64,000 nucleotides of DNA from positions 4,480,001 to 4,544,000 of the forward strand of contig OZ242010.1 in assembly GCA_965204745.1 (NCBI GenBank). The letters run 5' to 3'. Positions 55,962 through 64,000 of the stretch are shown here, piece after piece. The translations under genes were made by a program, and so were the position numbers. Origin of the DNA: Candidatus Latescibacterota bacterium. Its GTDB lineage: Bacteria > Latescibacterota > UBA2968. The notes below the pieces were generated by a model. That model was not told where the DNA came from, made no database searches, and was given only the letters and a program-made list of their open reading frames with translations. Every line of letters begins with the position of its first letter. Position 1 is the first letter of the stretch.

Positions 55962-57659
55962 TTATTCTTTTATGGTCAGCATCACGCGGCGCACGTCCAT
56001 GACTTGGATGCCGGGGATGTCGAGGGCGCGCAAAGTCAGTGTGCCACGCCCCGCGGTCAGGTGGATCGTCCCGAGGGACAGGGGCGCGAAATCCTTGACA
56101 TAGGACTCGCCCTGGCGCGGGCAGCGATCGTCGTCTGCGCCCACGAGCGGGGGATCGTGCGCGTCATGGACTCGGCCTTGCACGGTGGCGGTATTCGCGC
56201 CGTGAAACGCCAACGCCACAGTCGCGCCCACATCTTCTGCCGGGCACGTATAGTAAATCGCCGCGTCATAATCGCCGGTTGTGCCGACTTCGATCTCCCA
56301 CGTCATCCGATCTCCCACTTGGGTCCAATGCGTGAAATACGAGCAGTTCGGCGCGCCTGCACTGCGTGCGATGCTACCGACCGAGACCCCATCTCTTGCG
56401 GGCAAGCGCGTGGATTTCCAATGGCCCACGGCAAAGGGGCGGTCGTCGGTGACGGGCAACACTTCGGCGCGAAATTTTGCCACGGCATCGGACAACGCCG
56501 CATGCACCTCCGGATGGTCTTGCGACACGTCCGTCGTCTGCCCGCCATCTGCGACCATATCGTACAACTTGCCCGCCACATCCAACCGAAACCGCTGGTT
56601 GCGCGCACTGAGTTGCGCCCGCTGATGAGACAGAATAATCCTGTCGGGCCACGCCACCTCCTCGCCCATGAGCAGGGGCTTCAAACTGCGCCCATCCAGC
56701 GGCTTTTCACTCGCCAAATCAATGCCCGCCAAATCCGCAAAGGTCGGCAACAAATCAATCGCGCCCGCGATTTCCTCAACCACCACGCCCGCCTCGATCT
56801 GCCCCGTCCAGCGCATCAACCCGGCCACGCGCACGCCGCCTTCATCTGCCGATCCCTTCGTGCCCTTCATCCCGCCATTCCACCGCGCGCCATTGGGGCC
56901 ATTGTCCCCGAAGTAAAACACTATCGTATCTTCCGCAATGCCCAAGTCGTCCAACTCGCCCAACAATCGCCCCACGTTCCAGTCGATGTTTTCGCACAGG
57001 GCGAGCGCGGCCCGAGTGCGGTCGATATCCTCTTGTTCCGGACGGGTCGCGCGCATCGCTATCGGCTTGTCGCGGAACGGGTCGTAAAATCGGTCTGGCA
57101 CTTGAAAGGGCGTATGCGGGATGTTGTAGGGGATATAGCAGAAAAACGGCCGATCCCGCGCCACATTCTCCGCCATAAAGTCCATCGCGCGATCCGTGCA
57201 TTCGTCCGGCAAATAGCCCTTGCCGCGCGTCAAGTCGCCATTGTGCTCGAGTTCCGAGTCGAAATAGTGCCCCCAGTGCCCAGAGCAAAATCCAAAAAAC
57301 TCGTCGAACCCCCGCGCATTGGGGTGGTAGGGATGTTGCGTGCCATTGTGCCATTTGCCAAAGGCCCCGGTGGCGTAGCCCGCGGCCCGAAACACCTCGG
57401 CGATAGTTTGCTCGTCGAGGTTCAAGCGCTCGGCCCCTGTGCTCACGCCATGCACGCCGCCGCGCAGGTGATAGCGTCCGGTCAAAAATTCTGCCCGCGT
57501 GGGCGCGCACACCGGGCACACGTAAAACCGGTCGAACAGCGCGCCGTCTCGCGCCAGCGAATCCACATTGGGCGTATTGAGATTCGCATTGCCGTGCACG
57601 CTCAAATCGCCCCATCCCTGATCGTCTGTCAAAATCACGAGAATATTGGGTTTGGTCAT
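55962..57659 (-). CDS. Arylsulfatase (formylglycine-dependent)
   Basis: [37 protein letters not shown]. Confidence 0.94.
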   Translation of the reverse strand: MTKPNILVILTDDQGWGDLSVHGNANLNTPNVDSLARDGALFDRFYVCPVCAPTRAEFLTGRYHLRGGVHGVSTGAERLNLDEQTIAEVFRAAGYATGAFGKWHNGTQHPYHPNARGFDEFFGFCSGHWGHYFDSELEHNGDLTRGKGYLPDECTDRAMDFMAENVARDRPFFCYIPYNIPHTPFQVPDRFYDPFRDKPIAMRATRPEQEDIDRTRAALALCENIDWNVGRLLGELDDLGIAEDTIVFYFGDNGPNGARWNGGMKGTKGSADEGGVRVAGLMRWTGQIEAGVVVEEIAGAIDLLPTFADLAGIDLASEKPLDGRSLKPLLMGEEVAWPDRIILSHQRAQLSARNQRFRLDVAGKLYDMVADGGQTTDVSQDHPEVHAALSDAVAKFRAEVLPVTDDRPFAVGHWKSTRLPARDGVSVGSIARSAGAPNCSYFTHWTQVGDRMTWEIEVGTTGDYDAAIYYTCPAEDVGATVALAFHGANTATVQGRVHDAHDPPLVGADDDRCPRQGESYVKDFAPLSLGTIHLTAGRGTLTLRALDIPGIQVMDVRRVMLTIKE

Positions 57660-59050
57660 GGTGCCTCCTTTTTGATCGCATCGTACTCTGGATTCACACA
57701 CTTCTCGCCCCAGCGTTTTAGCACGCAACGCAAGCCGATTTCGGATTCCGGGGATTGGCCCTTGTCGTGGGTTTGTGCGATCCATCGGGTCAAAATATCG
57801 CGGTGCTGTTGCAATGCGCCCGCATGGGTGGGATCAGCCGCGAGATTGTTCACCTCGTCGGGATCCGCATCGCAATCGTAAAACTCTTCTGCCGGGCGTT
57901 CCGTTGCCCAAAGAAACGCCTGCTCCGGCGCGAGTTCGCCCCGTGCGTACATCCCGCGTAGCAGTTCCATGTAATCCGATCCATCGCGGTATTGCGCCTG
58001 CATCAAGGGCCTATCGGTCATAAAATTCCGCACGTAGCGATACCGCTGCGACCGCACCGCGCGCATGCGATCAATGGTGAAATCGCAGCGATCCCTCGCC
58101 GCGATCACGTAGTCCCGCGGGACGAACTCCTCGCCGAACACATCTCGACCCTCCATGGACTCGGGCACCCCAAGCCCGGCGAGCGCGAGCGACGTGGCGC
58201 CGATGTCGATGCCGCTGACGAGATCTGACCGCACTGTGCCGGGTTGTACGACCGCGGCGTTGCCGGCCCAAGAAATCATCAGCGGGATTTTATGACCGCC
58301 TTCGTAAATGAACTGCTTGTGCCGGGGCAGGCGCATGCCGTGGTCGCTGAACAGGAAAATGATCGTATTCTCGCGCAGGCCATCTTCCGCCAAGCGGGAC
58401 AAAATCCAGCCCACCTGTTCGTCCGTGTGCAAAATGCAATCGTAGTGCAGGGCGATTTCCCTGCGGATGATCTCGTGATCAGGATAAAACGACGGCACGC
58501 GCACAGCCGCGGGATCGACTCGGTGGCGCTTGAGCAAGCCGATGCTCTTGCCACCCCGAAGTTGAATCTGTCCAAAAAACGGCTGACCGGGGGCGCGTGC
58601 GGACCACTCGGTTCCGTTTTTCGCGCCTTTGAAATCATTGGCGCCGTTGTGATGGTCGAACAAAACATCCGACTCATACACAAAATTGTAGTGCGTCTTG
58701 CCCTCGTTGAACGTGTAATACCCCGCGTCTCGAAAGTATTCCGGGATCGTCTTCACCCCATCGGGCAAGTGGATGGCGTCGTACTCATCGCCCATGTCCA
58801 ACCCGCGAAAATGGGGTTGCGAACTGAGGTGATTGTGCGCGCCAATGGTCGTCTGATACATCCCCGTAATGGTTGCCGACCGCGATGGCGAACACACGCC
58901 AGACGTTTGATACGCCCGATCAAATCGCACGCCCGAGGCCGCGAGCGCGTCTATATTCGGCGTCTGCACGGTTTGGTCGCCGTAGCAACTCATCCACGGG
59001 TTCATATCCTCGAGAAACAGCCAAAGGACATTGGGATGGGTGTTTGACAT
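57656..59050 (-). CDS. Sulfatase family protein
   Basis: [33 protein letters not shown]. Confidence 0.93.
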   Translation of the reverse strand: MSNTHPNVLWLFLEDMNPWMSCYGDQTVQTPNIDALAASGVRFDRAYQTSGVCSPSRSATITGMYQTTIGAHNHLSSQPHFRGLDMGDEYDAIHLPDGVKTIPEYFRDAGYYTFNEGKTHYNFVYESDVLFDHHNGANDFKGAKNGTEWSARAPGQPFFGQIQLRGGKSIGLLKRHRVDPAAVRVPSFYPDHEIIRREIALHYDCILHTDEQVGWILSRLAEDGLRENTIIFLFSDHGMRLPRHKQFIYEGGHKIPLMISWAGNAAVVQPGTVRSDLVSGIDIGATSLALAGLGVPESMEGRDVFGEEFVPRDYVIAARDRCDFTIDRMRAVRSQRYRYVRNFMTDRPLMQAQYRDGSDYMELLRGMYARGELAPEQAFLWATERPAEEFYDCDADPDEVNNLAADPTHAGALQQHRDILTRWIAQTHDKGQSPESEIGLRCVLKRWGEKCVNPEYDAIKKEAP

Positions 59051-59064
59051 AGTTGCTCCTTTCA

Positions 59065-59153
59065 AAGTCGAGATTGACCAAGCACAAGTACGCGGTGATC
59101 AGGAACACACCCGCGGCGGCTATGGTGTAAAATTTGTTGTTGGAAGTGTTCAT
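59065..59153 (-). pseudogene. Possible 5' remnant of a membrane protein gene
   Basis: AAGGA RBS then MNTSNNKFYTIAAAGVFLITAYLCLVNLD (one TM helix) that runs out of frame into the sulfatase gene. Confidence 0.4.
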
Positions 59154-59200
59154 GTTATCCTTGTTTATCCCGGCTTATAGCCGCCGGGACATGCCCGTGT

Positions 59201-61320
59201 TCATCGGTGGTTGCTCGTTTTGACCTCAAAACTCTCACTCCAAAAATGTGTATATTCTCCATGGTGGTAATGGTACTGCCCGGTACGGATTTTTGCAATG
59301 TCGTAGTCCGGCAGGCGGCGTATCGCCATACAGGCTTCTCTTTCAAGAACGTCGAGTTGAAAGTCCAGATTGTCATAGCCGTATAGTTGGCGGTCAGCGC
59401 GCAGGTCGAACAACGCAACCGGGAATACGTGCAAAAAAAACGGCTTGTCAATCATTTTTTTGCACGGAGACTGCACATAGACGAGTTCGTCGTTGAAAAA
59501 ATAAACGTCATAAACCGAGCGGATGACGGGATCCCTGCCTCGGAGCATTGCCTCAATTAGGGGTCTGAAATCGTCCCGAGAGCGCAAGCCGAGGTCCGCG
59601 AAACGCGCTTGTGCCCACTGCGGATCCGCTTTGAAGGGCATCCACAGGTTAGGGCCAACTGGGACAGCATAGGGGGCATAGCTGAGGGCACCTGCCGCGC
59701 TGTTTGCGGCCGGGTAGATCTCGATGTTGACGCCCTGTTGTTCGAGATATCCCGATGGTGGCTCTCGGTCATGTGCGAGCAGGCGTTCGCTATTAGGGAG
59801 CGTCACGGGATTGCGTGCTATGGTCTTGTCATTCAAGCCGTGCCAGTCAATGAATTTCACATCGGGAAGGTAATAGGGCCAGATGCCTGCCCCCCTTGTG
59901 GTCATCACCGCATCATCGGGAATGACCCCGCGCTTCATATTTCGATAGGGTTGATACTGCCGAAGACGCTTGTTGGCAGATTCGAGGTGATTATGAAATC
60001 TCATACAGACCCATTGCCTAACGAGCTTTGTTCGTAGGTCGTTGGAGATTGTAGATAGCATCGCCATCCCGGGCGCGGCCAATAGCCTGCCCGAGTTCTC
60101 CTCATTGAGCGTCACTGATATGATTGGATTCCTGATGCCATCGACCATGAGAGCAAGTTGCATAGCACTGGCATAGAATAACATGGGGAGAAAGATAACG
60201 ATTGTGAAAATTATGTATAACCTTTTTTTTAGGGGGGGGGGGGGGGGCCATGATTGTAGTGACGCGAACTGGCATACCTCCGGACAATGGCGGACGACCA
60301 CAGGCCGAGATGAACGAGGCCCTCCGCCGCTGGCACCGCCAACAGGGGCCAATAGAAATCCAACGGGCGATACTCAAAATGATCCCCGCCAATCTGGGCG
60401 AGGTACGCCATGTGAGAAATGATGCAAAGCAACGGCAGGGTGTAGGTCAGGCTATGGCGTACTCGCCACCCTCTGATCAAAGACAGTACTACCAACGGCA
60501 ATAGCAGATACAGCCCGGTCTCCAACGCCGCCATCCACAGATAGCGCAGGCCCATGTCGTACCACGGGCGCACATGCTTGGCGTAGTACGTATTGGGCAA
60601 CCACTCGCCATAGTACGCATAGCGAAACAGAAAATGCGCCCCCACTATCGCGACGAAAGGCACGACCAAATACGCCAATTCACGCCAATCCACTCGCAAC
60701 CGTTTGTTTTTGACCACGCGCTCAATGGCGAAATAGCCAAAACAGCAAGCCGCGATTAAAGGGCCCTCGGGCCGCGTCAAGGCAGCAGCGGATAAGAACA
60801 ACGATGTCCCCAACAAACCCCGGAGGCTATCTCCGTACAGGCTCAGACACACTATGGACGAGACGACGAAGAGCGTGAACTGCCGCGTCTCCAATCCACC
60901 ACCTGATGTCCATGTTGCAAAAGTCACACTGCTGCACACCAACCCCAACGCCATCCACGCCACCAATCCCCGATAGCGCAGTTCGGGCAAGCGAGACACC
61001 CACCACAGCATCGCGGCGAGTGTGCCCACCGTGCAGGCCACCGACAGCCACGGTGCCACATGCTCGGGACGCAGGCCGAACATGCCCCATATCGCCGCCA
61101 ATTCCAGCACCCACAGGAAGTTGGAGTAGCCCTCAACGCGCTCGCCGGGATTGAACACCAAGCCGTGCCCTTCTAGCAGGTTGCGGGCATAGCGGAAGCT
61201 GATAAACGCATCGTCCGTCAGAAACCATGTGACATAGGTCAGACAGCCGAGCAATATCAGCCACGGCAGGCAAGCGATGGCGAGGCCAAATCGGGATGTC
61301 GGGCTAGAACGCATTCTCAT
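59201..61320 (-). pseudogene. GT-C fold membrane glycosyltransferase (arabinofuranosyltransferase-like), frameshifted at a C16 tract
   Basis: DDAFISFRYARNL..GLVFNPGERVEGYSNFLW, LTRPEG, LPNTYYAK, IGGD in one frame; continuation (GAGIWPYY, IDWHGLND) in another frame beyond 60232-60247. Confidence 0.82.
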
Positions 61321-61523
61321 GATCTCTCAATAGGTGTTGGGATGTTCACAAGGGCAGCACCCAAAAAGGTGAGCGGTGAGAGGCAAGACGGGAGAAGACC
61401 TACACTCACTGCTCGCCTTTGAACGGGCTGTCGCCAGTTGTACCCCGCTCGTGGCTAATTCCTCTCACCTCTCCCGTCTCACCTCTTACCGAAGGGGGTT
61501 GGGCCGGGTGGCCTGACCACTGA

Positions 61524-62633
61524 CTACTGCCTCAAACATTTCCCCTCCCGAATCGCGCCTTCAAACCGCGCCCAGGTCGAATCGGAGACTATCGGTCTGG
61601 GTGCCACTGTCAGCGAGTCCGTGTAGGGCGCGAGGGAACGGATGCGGTCTTTTGTCAAGGGGTGGCTGGAAATATAGGCCAAGCCGTCTGGCACATCGCC
61701 CGTGACTGCGAGGATGATTTCAAAGACCTCGACCATGCCCGCGGGGTCGATCTCGGCATCCAAAATCATTTTCATCCCCTGGATATCCGCGGCGGCTTCG
61801 TGCCGTCTGGAAAACCGTAGGGCGCCGACCATCGCGGCATTGTCGAGCACGTAGTCCAACCCGCCGGCCTCGCTCGAGATGGCGGCGACGAGGGCGCGTG
61901 TCGCGATTGCCCGGAAAACGGCCCGGGTGCCGTGTCGTTGTGCGACGTGCTGAATTTCGTGGGCGATGATGCCGGCGAGTTGTTCCGGGGATTTTATCTG
62001 CTTGAGAAATCTGGTCGTTATGGCGATATAACCCCCGGGCAACGCGTACGCATTGAGATGGTCGTCATCCACCACATAGACGCGAAAGGTGTAGGGCAGG
62101 TCGGCGCGCGCGGTTAGGCGGGCGACGACCTCATCCACCACCTCGGCATAGACCGCGTCGCCACACCGGTCCGCTTCGGGCGCGATGTACGCCACAACGG
62201 ATCGGCCGAGCGCGTTTTCCCATGCGACGGGCGCGATGCGCGCCATGCCATCCACCAACACGGGCAACCCATACCCGTAAGTCAGCCATATCACGAGGAC
62301 GATGCATGCGATGCACAGCCCGACGAGCGGGGGGCGATACTTGCGAACCGCGGGATCGTGACAGCCGGACGCGGGATAGCGGGCGCGAATCGCCCGTAAA
62401 ATCCCCACATCTTCGATAGCGAGGGCCTGCCCAAAAACGTCGTTCTTTTCCAATCGCACCCATTCCCCGGTGTAAAAACCCTCGGTCTGGCGAAAACTTC
62501 CATAAGCCCATTGTTCGGGAGGGCGGTCAGCAAAGATCACCTCGAGGCCATCGGCCCCAACCCGCACTTGCACCGGAGCGAGATCGGCGGTTTGTCCATC
62601 GCAAAACTGCGCGTGCCAAGTATCGCGTGCCAT
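61524..62633 (-). CDS. M48 family metallopeptidase
   Basis: NAYALPGG, AHEIQHV, FSRRHEAAAD, SSHP. Confidence 0.92.
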   Translation of the reverse strand: MARDTWHAQFCDGQTADLAPVQVRVGADGLEVIFADRPPEQWAYGSFRQTEGFYTGEWVRLEKNDVFGQALAIEDVGILRAIRARYPASGCHDPAVRKYRPPLVGLCIACIVLVIWLTYGYGLPVLVDGMARIAPVAWENALGRSVVAYIAPEADRCGDAVYAEVVDEVVARLTARADLPYTFRVYVVDDDHLNAYALPGGYIAITTRFLKQIKSPEQLAGIIAHEIQHVAQRHGTRAVFRAIATRALVAAISSEAGGLDYVLDNAAMVGALRFSRRHEAAADIQGMKMILDAEIDPAGMVEVFEIILAVTGDVPDGLAYISSHPLTKDRIRSLAPYTDSLTVAPRPIVSDSTWARFEGAIREGKCLRQ

Positions 62634-62634
62634 T

Positions 62635-63999
62635 CTAAAACTCAAATTCAAAATTGAGATAATCGCTCATGCCCTCGCCTGTCGCGCCTGCGTCTGAAAA
62701 ATCCTGCGCCACCCGGGAAAAATCCGGTTGCCCGGCCAAGGCGAGATGGGCGCACCAAAACCTGCTGTTGCGAACCGCGACCCAGGGCCATGCCAATCCC
62801 AATGAGAGGACGAGCAAAATGAAATTGCCCACCTTCAACGACAGGAGGCGACTCGCACCGACTGTCGAGAGAAACGGGATGCCTTCCAATGTGGTGTGCG
62901 CCCAGTAGTAGCGCGTCTTTCGCGCCGAGTACCACACCCAGCACAAAAACAGGGTAAAAGGCGAGAGCAACATGCACATCGCGAAAGGCCCGAACAGGTC
63001 GCGCCCACGCCCGGAAAAATCGAACCGCCCCGTGCCAAAGCGCGTGTCTTGGGTCATGAATCGGCGCATTTTGGTTTCAAAATAGGGATAGTAAAACCCC
63101 AAGGTGAACAGGGTTTTCAGCAGCCCGACATGGTAGATTTTGAAAAATTTTTTCACATCGCCCCGGAAGGACAACCGAATGCCCCGCCAAGACGTGCGGC
63201 TGAGCCGGAACCGCCACGATCCCACAAGCGCCATGGGCAAGAACAGAAAAAGGAGAAGCCCGTAAAACGCGATGAGGGTGATCCACTCGTGCGTCGTATT
63301 TTCCCAAAAAAACGAAGGCACCTCTGACAGCACGGTGATGGTGACGATCAACAAAACGGCCTTGATCCAGCCCACGCAGAGTTCGCCGCCAGTGGTGGTG
63401 TTTGAAAACCGGCTGTCGTGCAATGCGGTTTGGCTGTGCATATAACGCCGAATTTTCGCCCTGCCCCAAAAGTAATATACCCCAAAGGTGAGGAGCGTGA
63501 GCAGGGTGTTGACCACAAAAACCCCAAACAAGCTGCGTCCCTTTCCGTGAAAGCGCAGGCGCAGGGCATTGGGAAAGTCCTCTCGTGCGAGCGCGTTGGG
63601 CGATTGCGAAGCAACCGCTTGAATGAAGAGATGGAACGCGCCGACGAGCACCGCGATGATGAGAAACGAAGCGAGCATTGCAAAAATGAGTTTTTGCAGC
63701 ACCGCATCGACAAACCACATGGGGCGAATATCCACGCCTTTGACGACCTCGCCGGGCCTGACGACGAGGTCGCGGCCTCCGCCCCAGGCATCGGGCACTT
63801 GAATCCTGTAGTCGCCGGGCGAGACTTTCATCTCGTAAAACCCTCGGGCATCGGTCGCGGCGCTCGCTTTGACATGGCTATCGGGGGTTGTCGCAGATAC
63901 GGCAATTGACGGCATCGCCTTCCCCGCCCGATTTTCAACATGTCCGGAAATGCGCGCCCATTGCGTCGTGTCCGGTTCAAACGCGGTCAGGGCCCGATC
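62635..63999 (-). CDS. YjgN/DUF898 family membrane protein with N-terminal extension (5' end outside window)
   Basis: FHGKGRSLFGVFVVNTLLTLLTFGVYYFW, SRTSWRGIRLSFRG, SLGLAWPW; frame open to window end; usual neighbour of M48 peptidases. Confidence 0.88.
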   Translation of the reverse strand, partial: DRALTAFEPDTTQWARISGHVENRAGKAMPSIAVSATTPDSHVKASAATDARGFYEMKVSPGDYRIQVPDAWGGGRDLVVRPGEVVKGVDIRPMWFVDAVLQKLIFAMLASFLIIAVLVGAFHLFIQAVASQSPNALAREDFPNALRLRFHGKGRSLFGVFVVNTLLTLLTFGVYYFWGRAKIRRYMHSQTALHDSRFSNTTTGGELCVGWIKAVLLIVTITVLSEVPSFFWENTTHEWITLIAFYGLLLFLFLPMALVGSWRFRLSRTSWRGIRLSFRGDVKKFFKIYHVGLLKTLFTLGFYYPYFETKMRRFMTQDTRFGTGRFDFSGRGRDLFGPFAMCMLLSPFTLFLCWVWYSARKTRYYWAHTTLEGIPFLSTVGASRLLSLKVGNFILLVLSLGLAWPWVAVRNSRFWCAHLALAGQPDFSRVAQDFSDAGATGEGMSDYLNFEFEF

Positions 64000-64000
64000 C

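Overview
Bacterial chromosomal window, GC-rich with lower-GC mobile inserts. Gene content (sulfatases, TonB-dependent receptor, hpf-hprK, GT3-like glycosyltransferase, secreted proteins ending in paired EF-hand/dockerin-like modules) suggests an FCB-superphylum/Latescibacterota- or Gemmatimonadota-like organism, possibly a marine or sponge associate; this is inference only. Ordinary content: pncC, mazG, a DtxR-feoA-feoB operon, a TroABCD-like Mn/Zn ABC operon with MntR, map, rsbW-hpf-hprK, lysC, rhaA, sulfatases and sugar-catabolic genes. Mobile content: an IS200/IS605-type tnpB element that interrupts a Fic gene, an IS701-family element that duplicated the rhaA ribosome-binding site, two MITE families plus a third dispersed long repeat, REP-like palindromes and polar heptamer tandem arrays. 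Most notable observations: an integrase-arm-domain protein fused to an apparently inactivated PD-(D/E)xK fold; an NCS2 permease with an altered signature fused to a degenerate RsbW-like domain; two homopolymer-tract candidate phase switches in surface genes; heptamer arrays sharing a 3' anchor that host MITE insertions; a REP element apparently translated in-frame inside a lipoprotein N-terminus; and a shared dockerin-like C-terminal tag on unrelated secreted proteins. No rRNA, tRNA or CRISPR array was recognised. All family assignments come from reading motifs by eye, not from database searches.
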